From Bacteroidales bacterium (GTDB taxonomy: Bacteria; Bacteroidota; Bacteroidia; Bacteroidales; UBA4417), in the NCBI GenBank assembly GCA_038204995.1, contig JBBRCH010000008.1, positions 18,077 through 82,076 on the forward strand: a stretch of DNA of 64,000 nt, given 5' to 3'. The stretch's first letter is position 1. Every line of letters begins with the position of its first letter. The position numbers were made by a program, and so were the translations under genes. The notes beneath the pieces are model-generated. The model worked only from the letters and a program-made list of their open reading frames with translations. It had not been told where the DNA came from and did not search any database. Positions 29,817 through 39,797 of this stretch are shown in pieces.

Positions 29817-30695
29817 TCAGTTTCGGATATCTGATCCCCAATTGAGTTTAGCCCGTATGGTCGAAAAAAAGTTCTCATTAAAACGTTGCACCAGGTTTAT
29901 TTCGAATTCTGCCTTTCCTACAACCAATTCATTATCAGGAGTAATGATAGCAGATTGAGAATCAAGGCCAACAAGAGCCTGGTGGTCACGGCTGTCAACC
30001 CTAATCCGTATCAGACTGCTATCAGGAATAACGACAGGACGTACTGATAAATTGTGCGGAGCAATAGGTGTAATAACAAAATTGCTTGAATCGGGAGTGA
30101 GTATCGGGCCTCCGCAACTTAAAGAATATGCCGTTGATCCGGTAGGAGTTGCAATAATAAGCCCATCGGCCCAATATGAATGGAGTTGTTGATCATTTAC
30201 CCAAACATGGACCACGATGAGCGACGAATTTTCTTTTTTATTAATTGAAAGCTCATTAAAAGCAAAATTAAAATCGTTGAAAAGGTTTTGAGGGGAATGA
30301 AGGCTGATAAGTGTCCTTTTTACAATGCAATAACGGTTTTCGAGGATATCATCCACTGCAGAGATAATTTCGGTTCGTGGAATGCTCGAAAGGAAGCCCA
30401 TCGTTCCAAGGTTGATCCCGGCAATTGGAATTCCCGAATCGCGAACAAGTCGAACCGAATGGAGCATGGTTCCATCACCTCCTACCGAAAAAAGCAAGTC
30501 AGCTTTTCCTTTCAGGTCGTTATGATCGTTAAAAAGGGTAATTTCATGGTTGAATGTAATTTTGCTTTTTAAAAAATTGTGAAAGGGTTCCCATATAAAC
30601 AGCTTACAACCCCTTTTTTCGAGAGCTTCCGTGAGTATGCGGAAGTAACCGAGCTGGTCAGGATTAAATTCTTTTCCGAATAATGCAATTCTCAC
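29817..30695 (-). CDS. nadK: NAD kinase
   Basis: GGDGTML, GINLG..GFL, NE, and ADGLIIATPTGSTAYSLSCGGP motifs. Confidence 0.96.
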   Translation of the reverse strand: MRIALFGKEFNPDQLGYFRILTEALEKRGCKLFIWEPFHNFLKSKITFNHEITLFNDHNDLKGKADLLFSVGGDGTMLHSVRLVRDSGIPIAGINLGTMGFLSSIPRTEIISAVDDILENRYCIVKRTLISLHSPQNLFNDFNFAFNELSINKKENSSLIVVHVWVNDQQLHSYWADGLIIATPTGSTAYSLSCGGPILTPDSSNFVITPIAPHNLSVRPVVIPDSSLIRIRVDSRDHQALVGLDSQSAIITPDNELVVGKAEFEINLVQRFNENFFSTIRAKLNWGSDIRN

Positions 30696-30758
30696 TTTGT
30701 TAAATTTTGAAGGATTAAAAACCTTTTAAGAAAAGGAAACCAGGGAGTATGACCGCCC

Positions 30759-32210
30759 TCAGATACCTGCAATAAAGTGAATAAAGATACCACTTTTACC
30801 CGATTTATTAACCGCATATTCGATCCGTACAACTTTATCATAGTATGTTACCAGGTCAACTCCTAAACCGGCGCCTGCAAGCACGGAACGGGGAAGTTTG
30901 TTATTATTCAACCCGATCCACTGAGGTTGCCACACATAACCTGCATCTGCAAAGGCCGTTACATATAATGCATAATGAATTAACCCGAACTTTGGTGTAG
31001 GAATGAAACCAATATTGCGGGTCTGCTCAGGAACCAGGGCAAATTTAATATTTGAGCGGAAAAGGGCAAAGTGCTTCCCATCGATAACATTATACTCGTA
31101 CCCTCTCACGTAATCGCGGTTGTATCCAAGTCCTTCAATCAGGAAGTAAGGCTGAAAAGCCGACGACGCCACTTTTCCGATGAAAGAAATACCTGAATAC
31201 CAGCGTTTAGCGAATTGCAAATATAAGCGCGAAGTAGTTTTAGCCCACATGACATCTACCGGTTTTTCGAAGTTGAAGCCAATGCCTGATTTGTTAAGTT
31301 CAAGATCAATGTACCAACCTGTTAGAGGGTAATATTGGATATCGCGGTGGTCTATCTTCAGCTTGTAATATAAATTTAAGTATAAAGGATTATCCAATAC
31401 CGGATAACTATATTCCGGATTCAGCGTAAGAAGTGAATCAGAAAAAGTAAGAGAATTGAGACCTGCAACTAACTTATGAGTGGTGAATATGCTGTTCCTG
31501 AATGTAATATCCAGGTTAAAATATTTTTCTGTCGATAATCCTTCCGGAATAAACGCAAATAAAAGTTTATCATTTTTTGTAAGATATCCGGTCTCCCGGT
31601 TATTCATATACCCGGCTTCGAAGCCAAGACCGAAGTGCTTATTCCTGTCAATATAGGGATTCTGATAGGCCAGGCTGATGTGATGATTTTTACCTAGCTG
31701 AACAATGGCATCCAGCTCATCCATTCGCCCGGTAAAGTTATACCATTTAACATCCAGGCCATAATTAATGCGCGTAAAATCACTGGTCTGCAGCCATGCA
31801 TTAAAATTCCGGTCGGTAATCTGCAGTACCGGTAAGGTCCAGATATACCAGCGTTCAAGCAAAGTTATTTTAATATTCATTGTTGCTGCTACTCCGGAAT
31901 CGTTGCCTAAAAGGGTATCAATAGTAACGAAATTAAAAAGGGAAGTATTCAGCAGGTTCAGCCGTGACTGATTTACACTTTTGCTAAACTCATCAGGTGA
32001 AAAATTTTGTCCCTTCCCGAACAACAACTCACGATAAATGATTTGTTCATGTGTTTTTTTATTCCCTGACAACTCTATAGTGCCAACGGTAATAATTCGT
32101 CCGGCAGAATCCGATTGAGCAGATACCTGTAAACAACTAAAAACCACCAGGTTCATCAGTGCCAATAAAAAGGCTGATTTTACTGATGGTTTTTTAAATT
32201 GAAAATCCAT
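30759..32210 (-). CDS. Single-POTRA Omp85/TamA-like outer membrane protein
   Basis: GNKKTHEQIIYREL, ERWYIW, VRGYEY..IDG, and C-terminal GLGVDLVTYYD.V.RIEYA. Confidence 0.8.
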   Translation of the reverse strand: MDFQFKKPSVKSAFLLALMNLVVFSCLQVSAQSDSAGRIITVGTIELSGNKKTHEQIIYRELLFGKGQNFSPDEFSKSVNQSRLNLLNTSLFNFVTIDTLLGNDSGVAATMNIKITLLERWYIWTLPVLQITDRNFNAWLQTSDFTRINYGLDVKWYNFTGRMDELDAIVQLGKNHHISLAYQNPYIDRNKHFGLGFEAGYMNNRETGYLTKNDKLLFAFIPEGLSTEKYFNLDITFRNSIFTTHKLVAGLNSLTFSDSLLTLNPEYSYPVLDNPLYLNLYYKLKIDHRDIQYYPLTGWYIDLELNKSGIGFNFEKPVDVMWAKTTSRLYLQFAKRWYSGISFIGKVASSAFQPYFLIEGLGYNRDYVRGYEYNVIDGKHFALFRSNIKFALVPEQTRNIGFIPTPKFGLIHYALYVTAFADAGYVWQPQWIGLNNNKLPRSVLAGAGLGVDLVTYYDKVVRIEYAVNKSGKSGIFIHFIAGI

Positions 32211-32219
32211 GAAACAGGA

Positions 32220-32882
32220 TCAGACGTTTAAATAAGTCATTAAAAGGTCGTAGCGCTCACGCAGGTTATCGAAATAATCGCTTTCGAAGAACGAAGCATT
32301 GATGGTATAATCATGGCGCACAAAAGATTGGATTATTGGCTGTATATCAATACGGTTAAGCTTCATAGTGAGTTCGAGACTCGTGGAATCGGAAGGCGAA
32401 GTGATATAAAAACTCAGGATTTTTGCATCATTATCTTCGACAATACGTGAAATTTCAACCATTGAAAAGTTGTTTGCATTCAGTTCAAGAACAAGTATAC
32501 CACCAGGATTGCTAACGGCGGCAGTGTCTGCCATTTTCCTGACCAGACCGGCAAGGGTAATTACACCAAGGTAAGTGCCCTTTTCGTCAACAACAGGCAA
32601 AGTGGTGAGTTTGTAATCGGCAAAAAGCTTCATAGCTTCATATATATGCCTTGACTGGAGAATAGAGACACTCTGGAGTTGAAGCTGGAAATTCCAGATT
32701 GGTTCTTCGAATGAACCGGCTGCAAATATGTCATCTTCAGAAACCAACCCCAATAACTGGGAATCGCTGACCACGGGTAAATGCGAAACCCTGAACTCAT
32801 CGAACCAATGCATGGCAATAAGCCCGGTATCGGATGTTTTGAGAGGCAGTACATCACTTGATATGAGATCTTTTGCTATCAT
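32220..32882 (-). CDS. CBS-domain protein
   Basis: HLPVV...GLVSEDD and LPVVDEKGTYLGVIT CBS pair; conserved neighbour of nadK and pdxJ. Confidence 0.9.
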   Translation of the reverse strand: MIAKDLISSDVLPLKTSDTGLIAMHWFDEFRVSHLPVVSDSQLLGLVSEDDIFAAGSFEEPIWNFQLQLQSVSILQSRHIYEAMKLFADYKLTTLPVVDEKGTYLGVITLAGLVRKMADTAAVSNPGGILVLELNANNFSMVEISRIVEDNDAKILSFYITSPSDSTSLELTMKLNRIDIQPIIQSFVRHDYTINASFFESDYFDNLRERYDLLMTYLNV

Positions 32883-32965
32883 ATATTTATTGGCTCAAAT
32901 ATCGTGCCTTAATTTGGTAAAACCAAGCCTTGTGTTTCGTATTTTTGCAGCACCAATAATTAGCG

Positions 32966-33679
32966 ATGACAAAGTTAAGTGTAAATATCAATAAAATTGC
33001 TACAATTCGTAACGCAAGAGGAGGTAATATGCCTGATGTGCTGAAAGCAGCAATTGATTGTGAATTATTCGGCGCTCAGGGCATTACAGTCCATCCTCGT
33101 CCTGATGAACGGCATATCCGCTATAGCGATGTATATGAGATTTTTCCGCTGGTTAAAACCGAATTCAACATCGAAGGCAATCCTATACCGCAGTTTATCG
33201 ACCTGGTTCTTGAGGTAAAACCAGCGCAGGTTACCCTGGTTCCTGATTCGCATGATGTGTTAACATCCAACGCAGGCTGGGACACTATAAAAAATAAATC
33301 GTTTCTTAAAGAAATTGTCTCGGAATTTAAGTCGCATGGCATCCGCACTTCTATTTTTATTGATCCTGATACCAAAATGATTCAGCATGCTGCCGAAACC
33401 GGTACTGACCGTATCGAACTTTATACCGAAGCTTATGCCTGCCATTACCCGGTCGACCGCGTCAAATCAATTGCACCTTTCGTAGAGGCTTCGAGGGTTG
33501 CTACCCTCCTTGGGTTAGGAATCAATGCAGGGCACGATCTGGACCTTAACAATCTCTGGTTCCTGGTGCGGACCATCCCTGAAATACTTGAGGTTTCCAT
33601 AGGCCACGCTCTGGTGAGCGAAGCTTTATATCAGGGACTGGAAAAAACAATTCAATTGTATCTGCAGCAATTGCGATAA
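32966..33679 (+). CDS. pdxJ: Pyridoxine 5'-phosphate synthase
   Basis: [41 protein letters not shown] and EVSIGHAL motifs. Confidence 0.97.
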   Translation: MTKLSVNINKIATIRNARGGNMPDVLKAAIDCELFGAQGITVHPRPDERHIRYSDVYEIFPLVKTEFNIEGNPIPQFIDLVLEVKPAQVTLVPDSHDVLTSNAGWDTIKNKSFLKEIVSEFKSHGIRTSIFIDPDTKMIQHAAETGTDRIELYTEAYACHYPVDRVKSIAPFVEASRVATLLGLGINAGHDLDLNNLWFLVRTIPEILEVSIGHALVSEALYQGLEKTIQLYLQQLR

Positions 33680-33791
33680 GAAATAAGATCATATCCTGAA
33701 AACCCTCTATGAATATTTAAGAGTTCAGTATAGATAATACTATCCGTTCAAAGTGTACCAAAACATAATATCAAAATTAAACAGAAATTGT

Positions 33792-34379
33792 ATGTTAAAA
33801 AACACCCTTTTAGTCCTGATCATTGTTTCAGCTTTTAACACAATGGCCCAAACAGTGGTAGAAATGAAACAAACTGAAGAACGCGACGGCCTGATCTATG
33901 TTAAAGGCGAGAGCAAACCATTAACCGGAACGGCAGTTTCATGGTTCCCGACGGGAAATAAACAAGTGGAAGCAACCTATCTGAACGGTAAAGAAAATGG
34001 TGTCGAAACCGATTGGTATCCGGATGGGAAAATAATGATGCAGATCACTTACCGTGATGGCGAATTTAACGGACTCTACAGCATGTATTATGTGGAAGGC
34101 GGCCTCGAGTTTGAAAAAATCTACGAGGGTGGCCTTATGAATGGTGCATCGACACATTATTATGCTGATGGAAAAAAAGAATATGAAGGATCCTATTCCG
34201 ATTGTCGCGAAACAGGCACCTGGACCTATTACTATCCGAACGGAGAAAAAATGAAAGAAGGAGAATTTAAACTTGGTTTTGAAGAAGGTGACTGGAAGTT
34301 TTGGGATGAAAACGGTAAACTTGAGAAAATTGTTACCTACAAGTCAGGAGAAATGGGTGCTGAGCGCATTATCAAATAA
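33792..34379 (+). CDS. Exported MORN-variant repeat protein (YwqK-like)
   Basis: Signal peptide followed by repeats of W/Y-Y-x-D/N-G...E-G-x-Y/F..G. Confidence 0.8.
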   Translation: MLKNTLLVLIIVSAFNTMAQTVVEMKQTEERDGLIYVKGESKPLTGTAVSWFPTGNKQVEATYLNGKENGVETDWYPDGKIMMQITYRDGEFNGLYSMYYVEGGLEFEKIYEGGLMNGASTHYYADGKKEYEGSYSDCRETGTWTYYYPNGEKMKEGEFKLGFEEGDWKFWDENGKLEKIVTYKSGEMGAERIIK

Positions 34380-34390
34380 CATGATTTAGC

Positions 34391-35248
34391 ATGAAACCCT
34401 ATATTACGGCATTTCTTTTTTTGTTTTCCACATTTGCTGGTTATACCCAAATGGTAAAATCCCTTACTGATATGAACAGGAAATGGGAAACCGGACCCGG
34501 ACTTAAAATTCCCGAATCGGTATTATACGATGCCATATCCGGAATTATTTATGTCTCGAATGTGGATGGGAGCCCTGCCGTAAAAGACAGTACAGGATTT
34601 ATTGCTACGCTATCGCCGGACGGGAAAATACTGAATGCAGGATGGGTAACAGGAATAGATGCACCAAAAGGAATGGGGATTCTGTACAACCATCTTTATG
34701 TGAGTAATATCGACGAAGTTGTTGAGATTGATATTCCCACAGCCACGATTGTAAAAAGATATCCGGTTATGGGATCAAAGTTCCTGAACGACATTGCAAT
34801 TGATTCAAACACAGGAATGATTTTTATTACAGATTCAGCTACCGGCCAGGTTTATGTTTTGCTTAACGGCAAAGTGAGCTTATGGTTGCAGGGGGATTTT
34901 TTTAAAGGAGCCAACGGTTTGTGCCTGTGCGACAGCATATTGTACATAGGAACTGAGAACAATATTATGCAGGCTGATATAAAAAGTGGTGAAGTGTTGG
35001 TATGTTTGACTAATACAGGAAATGTGGACGGGCTTTTTGTTACTTCGGATAAGAAATTTATTTACAGTGACTGGAGAGGTTCCGTATTTATTGCGGAAAG
35101 GAGAAAAAAACCGGAGTTGCTCTTAAATACGGCACAGCAGAAAGTGAATGCGGCTGATTTTGGAATTATTGTATCAAAAAACATGATCCTTATCCCCACT
35201 TTTGCAAACAACAAAGTGGTATGCTATACCTCCTCATTTATAAAGTAA
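34391..35248 (+). CDS. SMP-30/gluconolactonase-like beta-propeller exported protein
   Basis: PESVLYD, YVSNVDG, APKGMG, FLNDI, ANGL, VDGL and AADFG motifs. Confidence 0.8.
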   Translation: MKPYITAFLFLFSTFAGYTQMVKSLTDMNRKWETGPGLKIPESVLYDAISGIIYVSNVDGSPAVKDSTGFIATLSPDGKILNAGWVTGIDAPKGMGILYNHLYVSNIDEVVEIDIPTATIVKRYPVMGSKFLNDIAIDSNTGMIFITDSATGQVYVLLNGKVSLWLQGDFFKGANGLCLCDSILYIGTENNIMQADIKSGEVLVCLTNTGNVDGLFVTSDKKFIYSDWRGSVFIAERRKKPELLLNTAQQKVNAADFGIIVSKNMILIPTFANNKVVCYTSSFIK

Positions 35249-35269
35249 TGGTATTTTCAGGATAAGGTT

Positions 35270-36058
35270 ATGGAACTTTTTTTTCGTGAATTTGGCGAAG
35301 GCCAACCTGTTATAATCCTTCATGGCCTTTTTGGGCAAAGTGATAATTGGGTGACAGTGGGCCGGCGTATTGCCGATCAGTTCCATGTGTATATCCCTGA
35401 TCAGCGAAACCACGGACAATCGCCGCATACAAGCATACATAGTTTTCCTGCCCTGGCTGACGACCTTGCTGGATTTATCGAGGACCATTCCATTGTAAAT
35501 CCTGTTCTTATCGGCCATTCCATGGGAGGGAAAGCTGCTATGACGTATGCTCTGGAGAATCCCGGAAAGGTTAGTAAATTAGCCATAATTGATATCAGCC
35601 CGCGCAGGTATCCTGAAAGGATTGCGCATACACAGGTAATCAGCCAGATGCTGAGCATTGATCTTGAAAATATTAAATCAAGGGGAGAAGCGGAAAAGAT
35701 ACTGGCATCCTGCATTACCGATGAGCGCGTGAGGATGTTTATCCTGAAAAACCTGTATTATAAACTCCATGGCAAATTGGCCTGGCGGTTAAATCTGGAT
35801 GTCATAAATCAAAGTATGGATTTGCTGTTTGATGGCATCAGCAGCTCTAACCGGTACAACGGCCCTACCCTGTTTATCAGGGGAGGTATGTCCGACTATG
35901 TTCCTGATGCGGACATTCCAATGATTAAGAATATGTTTCCTGAAGCCATTATTAAAACAATATCCGGGGCAACGCATTGGGTTCATGCAGATGCCCCGGA
36001 AGAATTATGTTCCCTTTTAAGCAGTTTCCTCGGGCGGGAATGCAGGTTCAGTATCTGA
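35270..36058 (+). CDS. ybfF: Alpha/beta hydrolase (YbfF-like esterase)
   Basis: HGLFGQSDNW, DQRNHGQS, GHSMGGK nucleophile elbow, HWVHAD. Confidence 0.9.
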   Translation: MELFFREFGEGQPVIILHGLFGQSDNWVTVGRRIADQFHVYIPDQRNHGQSPHTSIHSFPALADDLAGFIEDHSIVNPVLIGHSMGGKAAMTYALENPGKVSKLAIIDISPRRYPERIAHTQVISQMLSIDLENIKSRGEAEKILASCITDERVRMFILKNLYYKLHGKLAWRLNLDVINQSMDLLFDGISSSNRYNGPTLFIRGGMSDYVPDADIPMIKNMFPEAIIKTISGATHWVHADAPEELCSLLSSFLGRECRFSI

Positions 36059-36149
36059 AGCAATTTAAAAATGAAAGGTTTAAGGCTGAAACGGGAACGG
36101 TCAAACTCCCAAAACCTCAAACCTTCCAGATTTCTTTTTACACCTGATC

Positions 36150-37076
36150 TTAATACCTGATCACATCAACCCTGGCAACTCCTGCCTGAAGGTCTATTTT
36201 AATTTTATTTGTACTTGCCTCGTAGTTTGGAGTCTGATATTTCTGTTTCCCGATTTTGGTAAAACCTTTGAAATCCTTGCTTGAGAGAAAAGTGTTGGAA
36301 ATAATCTCGCAGCCTGCACTCTCGGGTACCCTTATGGTAATAGAGGCAGCACCAGCTTCTAATTTGACATCGGTAAGCTGAAGTGTAGCTCCCAGTTTAA
36401 GATCAATATCCGAAGCGCCACCCTGTATTTTCAGGTTACGGGTTTTAAAACCTGAAAGGTCGAAATCGACTTCCGCAGCACCCACATTTAGATCCAGATC
36501 CCATATAGGGCTGGGGTTGAGTCGTATATCAACATTATTCCTGATATTACCATCGTTAAACTCACCTTTATCCAGTGAAAGCTCGATTTTGGTAAGACTA
36601 TCCTCGACTTTGGCTGTCATTGAATAATTGGCATTGTTATTGTCATGCTTTACTTCGATAAGTTTGCCGGTCGAATCATTGATTTTAAAGTTGCCAACGC
36701 CAATATTGAGCTTAAGCTCAGCGTACCTGGTGATCGAATCGAAATCCTCTGACATTACGTTGTTATACACCGTAACATTATCTTCATCGTTGCCGCTGCG
36801 ATTATTATGATCATTCCATTCGAATTTCCAGTTATGGTTATCTTTAGGTCCGTACTGCTGCATAGCAACAAATGTTATTAACACTGTAAGTATTGAAAGC
36901 ACCAGTTTGATCCAGTCTTTAACCGGGATAAGCGATATGCCCCAGAGGATCAGAATCACCGGCCAAAGTTGAAAAATGGTATGCCAGTTAAAAAACAGTA
37001 CGCCTGTGTTTTTAAGGATAAAGAGGATTCCTATCAATACCAGCAGAAGTCCCCAGAATATTTTACGGTAGCTCAT
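36150..37076 (-). CDS. LiaF-like (DUF5668) membrane protein with C-terminal beta-rich domain
   Basis: FWGLLLVLIGILFIL...LWPVILILWG N-terminus; repeated G(A)(S/A)D.DL beta motifs. Confidence 0.75.
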   Translation of the reverse strand: MSYRKIFWGLLLVLIGILFILKNTGVLFFNWHTIFQLWPVILILWGISLIPVKDWIKLVLSILTVLITFVAMQQYGPKDNHNWKFEWNDHNNRSGNDEDNVTVYNNVMSEDFDSITRYAELKLNIGVGNFKINDSTGKLIEVKHDNNNANYSMTAKVEDSLTKIELSLDKGEFNDGNIRNNVDIRLNPSPIWDLDLNVGAAEVDFDLSGFKTRNLKIQGGASDIDLKLGATLQLTDVKLEAGAASITIRVPESAGCEIISNTFLSSKDFKGFTKIGKQKYQTPNYEASTNKIKIDLQAGVARVDVIRY

Positions 37077-37132
37077 AGTATTCAGTTTTTATTTGTTAGA
37101 ATAATAAATTAGTTGAAACACACAAAGAAGCG

Positions 37133-37624
37133 CTATTCTTTTTTGTCGCTTTTACGTTCGGCATAACTTGTCGCGATCAGCACCCCACCAAGTACAACAA
37201 GAACCAGCGGCCATAAATCGCGGAAATTAATGTTTGGAATGAACCTGTTAGCGAGGAATATCAGGCCAAGTGTAATAAGAATTATCCCTCCTATCAGGCT
37301 ATTACGGTTCTCAGACTTTACCGGCATACTGAACACCTGGGAAGGATCCCTGCTGTAATCAGTTGTTTGCTGTGTGTCCGGATTGCCTGGATCAATGGGT
37401 TCAGCGGATCCCATATTCATATTGAACATGGTGATAGGTTCAAGTGGCAACGCAACCCACAATATGAGGTATACTACAGCCCCGCCACCTCCGGCAAAGG
37501 CAATGATCACAAATAATAACCTGATAATGATCGGATCGATGTCAAAATATTCGGCTATTCCACCTGCAACACCACCAAAAACTTTGCTCTTAGCTGAACG
37601 ATACAAACGTTTATTCTTTTCCAT
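37133..37624 (-). CDS. pspC: PspC-domain protein with C-terminal LiaI/LiaF-like TM segment
   Basis: KRLYRS..KVFGGVAGGIAEYFDIDP..IRL...YLILWVALP. Confidence 0.9.
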   Translation of the reverse strand: MEKNKRLYRSAKSKVFGGVAGGIAEYFDIDPIIIRLLFVIIAFAGGGGAVVYLILWVALPLEPITMFNMNMGSAEPIDPGNPDTQQTTDYSRDPSQVFSMPVKSENRNSLIGGIILITLGLIFLANRFIPNINFRDLWPLVLVVLGGVLIATSYAERKSDKKE

Positions 37625-37659
37625 GATTTTATGCATTTAAAATTGTTGTTTAAGCATGT

Positions 37660-37685
37660 GACGCAAAGATTGCATTCAGGTTACA
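37660..37685 (-). promoter_or_regulatory. Putative ECF sigma promoter (TGTAAC-N16-CGTC)
   Basis: Minus strand TGTAAC ctgaatgcaatctttg CGTC directly upstream of pspC. Confidence 0.65.
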
Positions 37686-37811
37686 TCGGGGAGACATAAA
37701 AAGGGAATTATTTGATTGTGAACCTAGACAGGACGGATGACGGAGGCTGGATTTTGTTTTTCGGGTATCAGGAGTCAGAAGTAATAGGATAGAACCGATA
37801 AAATGCAAATT

Positions 37812-38675
37812 CTATTCTTCATCGTCATCGTCGTCGTCGTCAGGCTCCGGATCGGGAGAGACCCTTTTAGATACTAGAATACTTATTTCGAAAAGGCTAT
37901 ATAAAGGAACGGTGACAATTACCTGGCTGAAAACATCAGGAGGAGTAATTACTGCTGCAACAATGAGTATAATTAAAAATGCATATTTCCGGTTTTTTTT
38001 CAGAAATGAGGGTGTGATAATCCCAAGTTTCGAGAGCACATAAACCACTACCGGAAGCTCAAAAACAAGGCCAACTGACAGAATAGTAGAAGTAACTGTA
38101 CTGATGTAGGATGAAAGTGATATCTGATTGGCGACGAGTGTACTTACCTGGTATGTTCCCAGGAAATTGAGCGTCCAGGGAACCATAAAATAATAGCTGA
38201 AAATAACTCCTACGAAAAACAGGAATGACATAATAAATACTGCCCAGCGCGCATACCGACGCTCCTTTTCATATAAGGCCGGCATAACGAATTGCCATAA
38301 CTGGAAAATTATAAATGGAGAGGCCAATATAAGACCGGCGAACATTGACACAGTCATATCAGTCATAAACTGACCGGAAAGATTCAGGTTGATAATGGTA
38401 AGCGACATAGGTGGCAGGCAAAGCCCGTCAGCATGAAGCAACTCACCAAGTTTGCAGAGCCATTTATAAGTAACGAAATCAGTGCTCTTAGGTGCAAGTA
38501 ATATTTTATCAAAAATAAACCTGCTGTTCGAGAATGCAGCTACCGACATGATCACCCATGCCAGTATCATACGTATAAGCCTTTTACGCAATTCAGTAAG
38601 GTGATCCCAGAAGGTCATTTCCTTCCCGGTATCCTCTTTTTTAAAACGGCCTTTTAATTTGAGAAGTGCTGCCAA
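37812..38675 (-). CDS. tatC: Twin-arginine translocase TatC
   Basis: EMTFWDHLTELRKRL, QLWQFVMPALYEKER, FELP and AAVITPPD motifs; probable TTG start at 38675, downstream of TAAATTTG (38694-38701). Confidence 0.95.
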   Translation of the reverse strand: MAALLKLKGRFKKEDTGKEMTFWDHLTELRKRLIRMILAWVIMSVAAFSNSRFIFDKILLAPKSTDFVTYKWLCKLGELLHADGLCLPPMSLTIINLNLSGQFMTDMTVSMFAGLILASPFIIFQLWQFVMPALYEKERRYARWAVFIMSFLFFVGVIFSYYFMVPWTLNFLGTYQVSTLVANQISLSSYISTVTSTILSVGLVFELPVVVYVLSKLGIITPSFLKKNRKYAFLIILIVAAVITPPDVFSQVIVTVPLYSLFEISILVSKRVSPDPEPDDDDDDDEE

Positions 38676-39051
38676 TTGAAAAAATATGAACGGCAAATTT
38701 AGCGAATTTTATTTCAGCACTGAAATTGAAATATTAAGCCTGAAAGGAAACAGAATCATTTAATGAGTTTTCCCTGGAAAAGTAATGCAATTAACCATTT
38801 CCTTATTTCCAGACTTATACTTTATCACAAAATCATCAACGCCTGATAGTATGGTATGAAATATTAAAGTGAAGAAACAACTTTTCACGAAAAAGATGTT
38901 TCTGTTTAACGATAATGTAGATAATAGCAGATTTTAGGAAACATCGGAGATATTATGACCAGTTTTCGGATTCCTGGTTCCGCCTGCTTGCACATTTTAA
39001 AACAGTAAACTTTACTAATAATTCATATATTGCACTTATTACTGCAGGTAA

Positions 39052-39100
39052 CACTCGGCACTCGGCACCGGGCACCATACATGCTGCACCGGGCACTTAT
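39052..39100. repeat. Degenerate heptamer tandem repeat (7 units, CAC-based)
   Basis: CACTCGG CACTCGG CACCGGG CACCATA CATGCTG CACCGGG CACTTAT. Confidence 0.75.
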
Positions 39101-39245
39101 GAATGGATTTAAAAACTCAACAATCTTCGTAAACACAACCATACGAAATAACAGCTCATTTGTAATCATAAATGTTACTACCCTGAAATGTTAAAAAAAA
39201 CACTTTTCTTTGCGCCTTCTAACCAATAAAACAATTAATTTTCAG

Positions 39246-39626
39246 ATGAGTCCAATCCTTACTGCCGGTATTATCATTGTAAATCTTGCGCTTATTTCTT
39301 ATTCTGTTGCTATCATTACCGAACAGCGAAAAAAAACAGTTAACACATTTGTCATCACTTTTCTCACAACAGGTGTATTGTTTGATATAACCGCCACAGT
39401 CTGCATGATTATTGGTTCAGAAAATTCATTTATGACTTTCCATGGATTAATTGGCTACCTTGCCCTGGGAGCTATGCTGATTGACGGAATATTACTATGG
39501 AAGTTATTGCTGCGCAAAGGAATATCATCGCCGGTGAGTAAAAAACTACATCTCTATTCAAGGTATGCTTACATATGGTGGATAATCGCTTATATTACCG
39601 GTGCAATAATAGTTGCCATGAGCTGA
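39246..39626 (+). CDS. Small 4-TM membrane protein (HsmA/TIGR03987-like)
   Basis: Four TM segments; FDITATVCM, TFHGLIGY and ending WWIIAYITGA. Confidence 0.6.
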   Translation: MSPILTAGIIIVNLALISYSVAIITEQRKKTVNTFVITFLTTGVLFDITATVCMIIGSENSFMTFHGLIGYLALGAMLIDGILLWKLLLRKGISSPVSKKLHLYSRYAYIWWIIAYITGAIIVAMS

Positions 39627-39797
39627 TTTCACTAAAACAGAAACCCATTCTCTTATTTTTATCCGGCTTATTATTCCGGATGCAGATTTTATGCATGTTG
39701 TTGGTATTGCCATACCATATAACAACTCTCAAACTGTATCACAATGTTTCTTTATCTTTGGGCAAAAATTTCATCCGTAAATAAATACAAAACCAAT

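Noticed and set aside
29684..29878. 64-aa ORF, and a possible fluoride riboswitch around GATGGAG at ~29714
   Set aside because: The ORF overlaps nadK and has no motif; the riboswitch pairing elements and a fluoride-related downstream gene are absent
33792..34379. Toxin-antitoxin system (YwqK antitoxin label)
   Set aside because: Generic MORN-variant repeat protein with a signal peptide; no adjacent toxin
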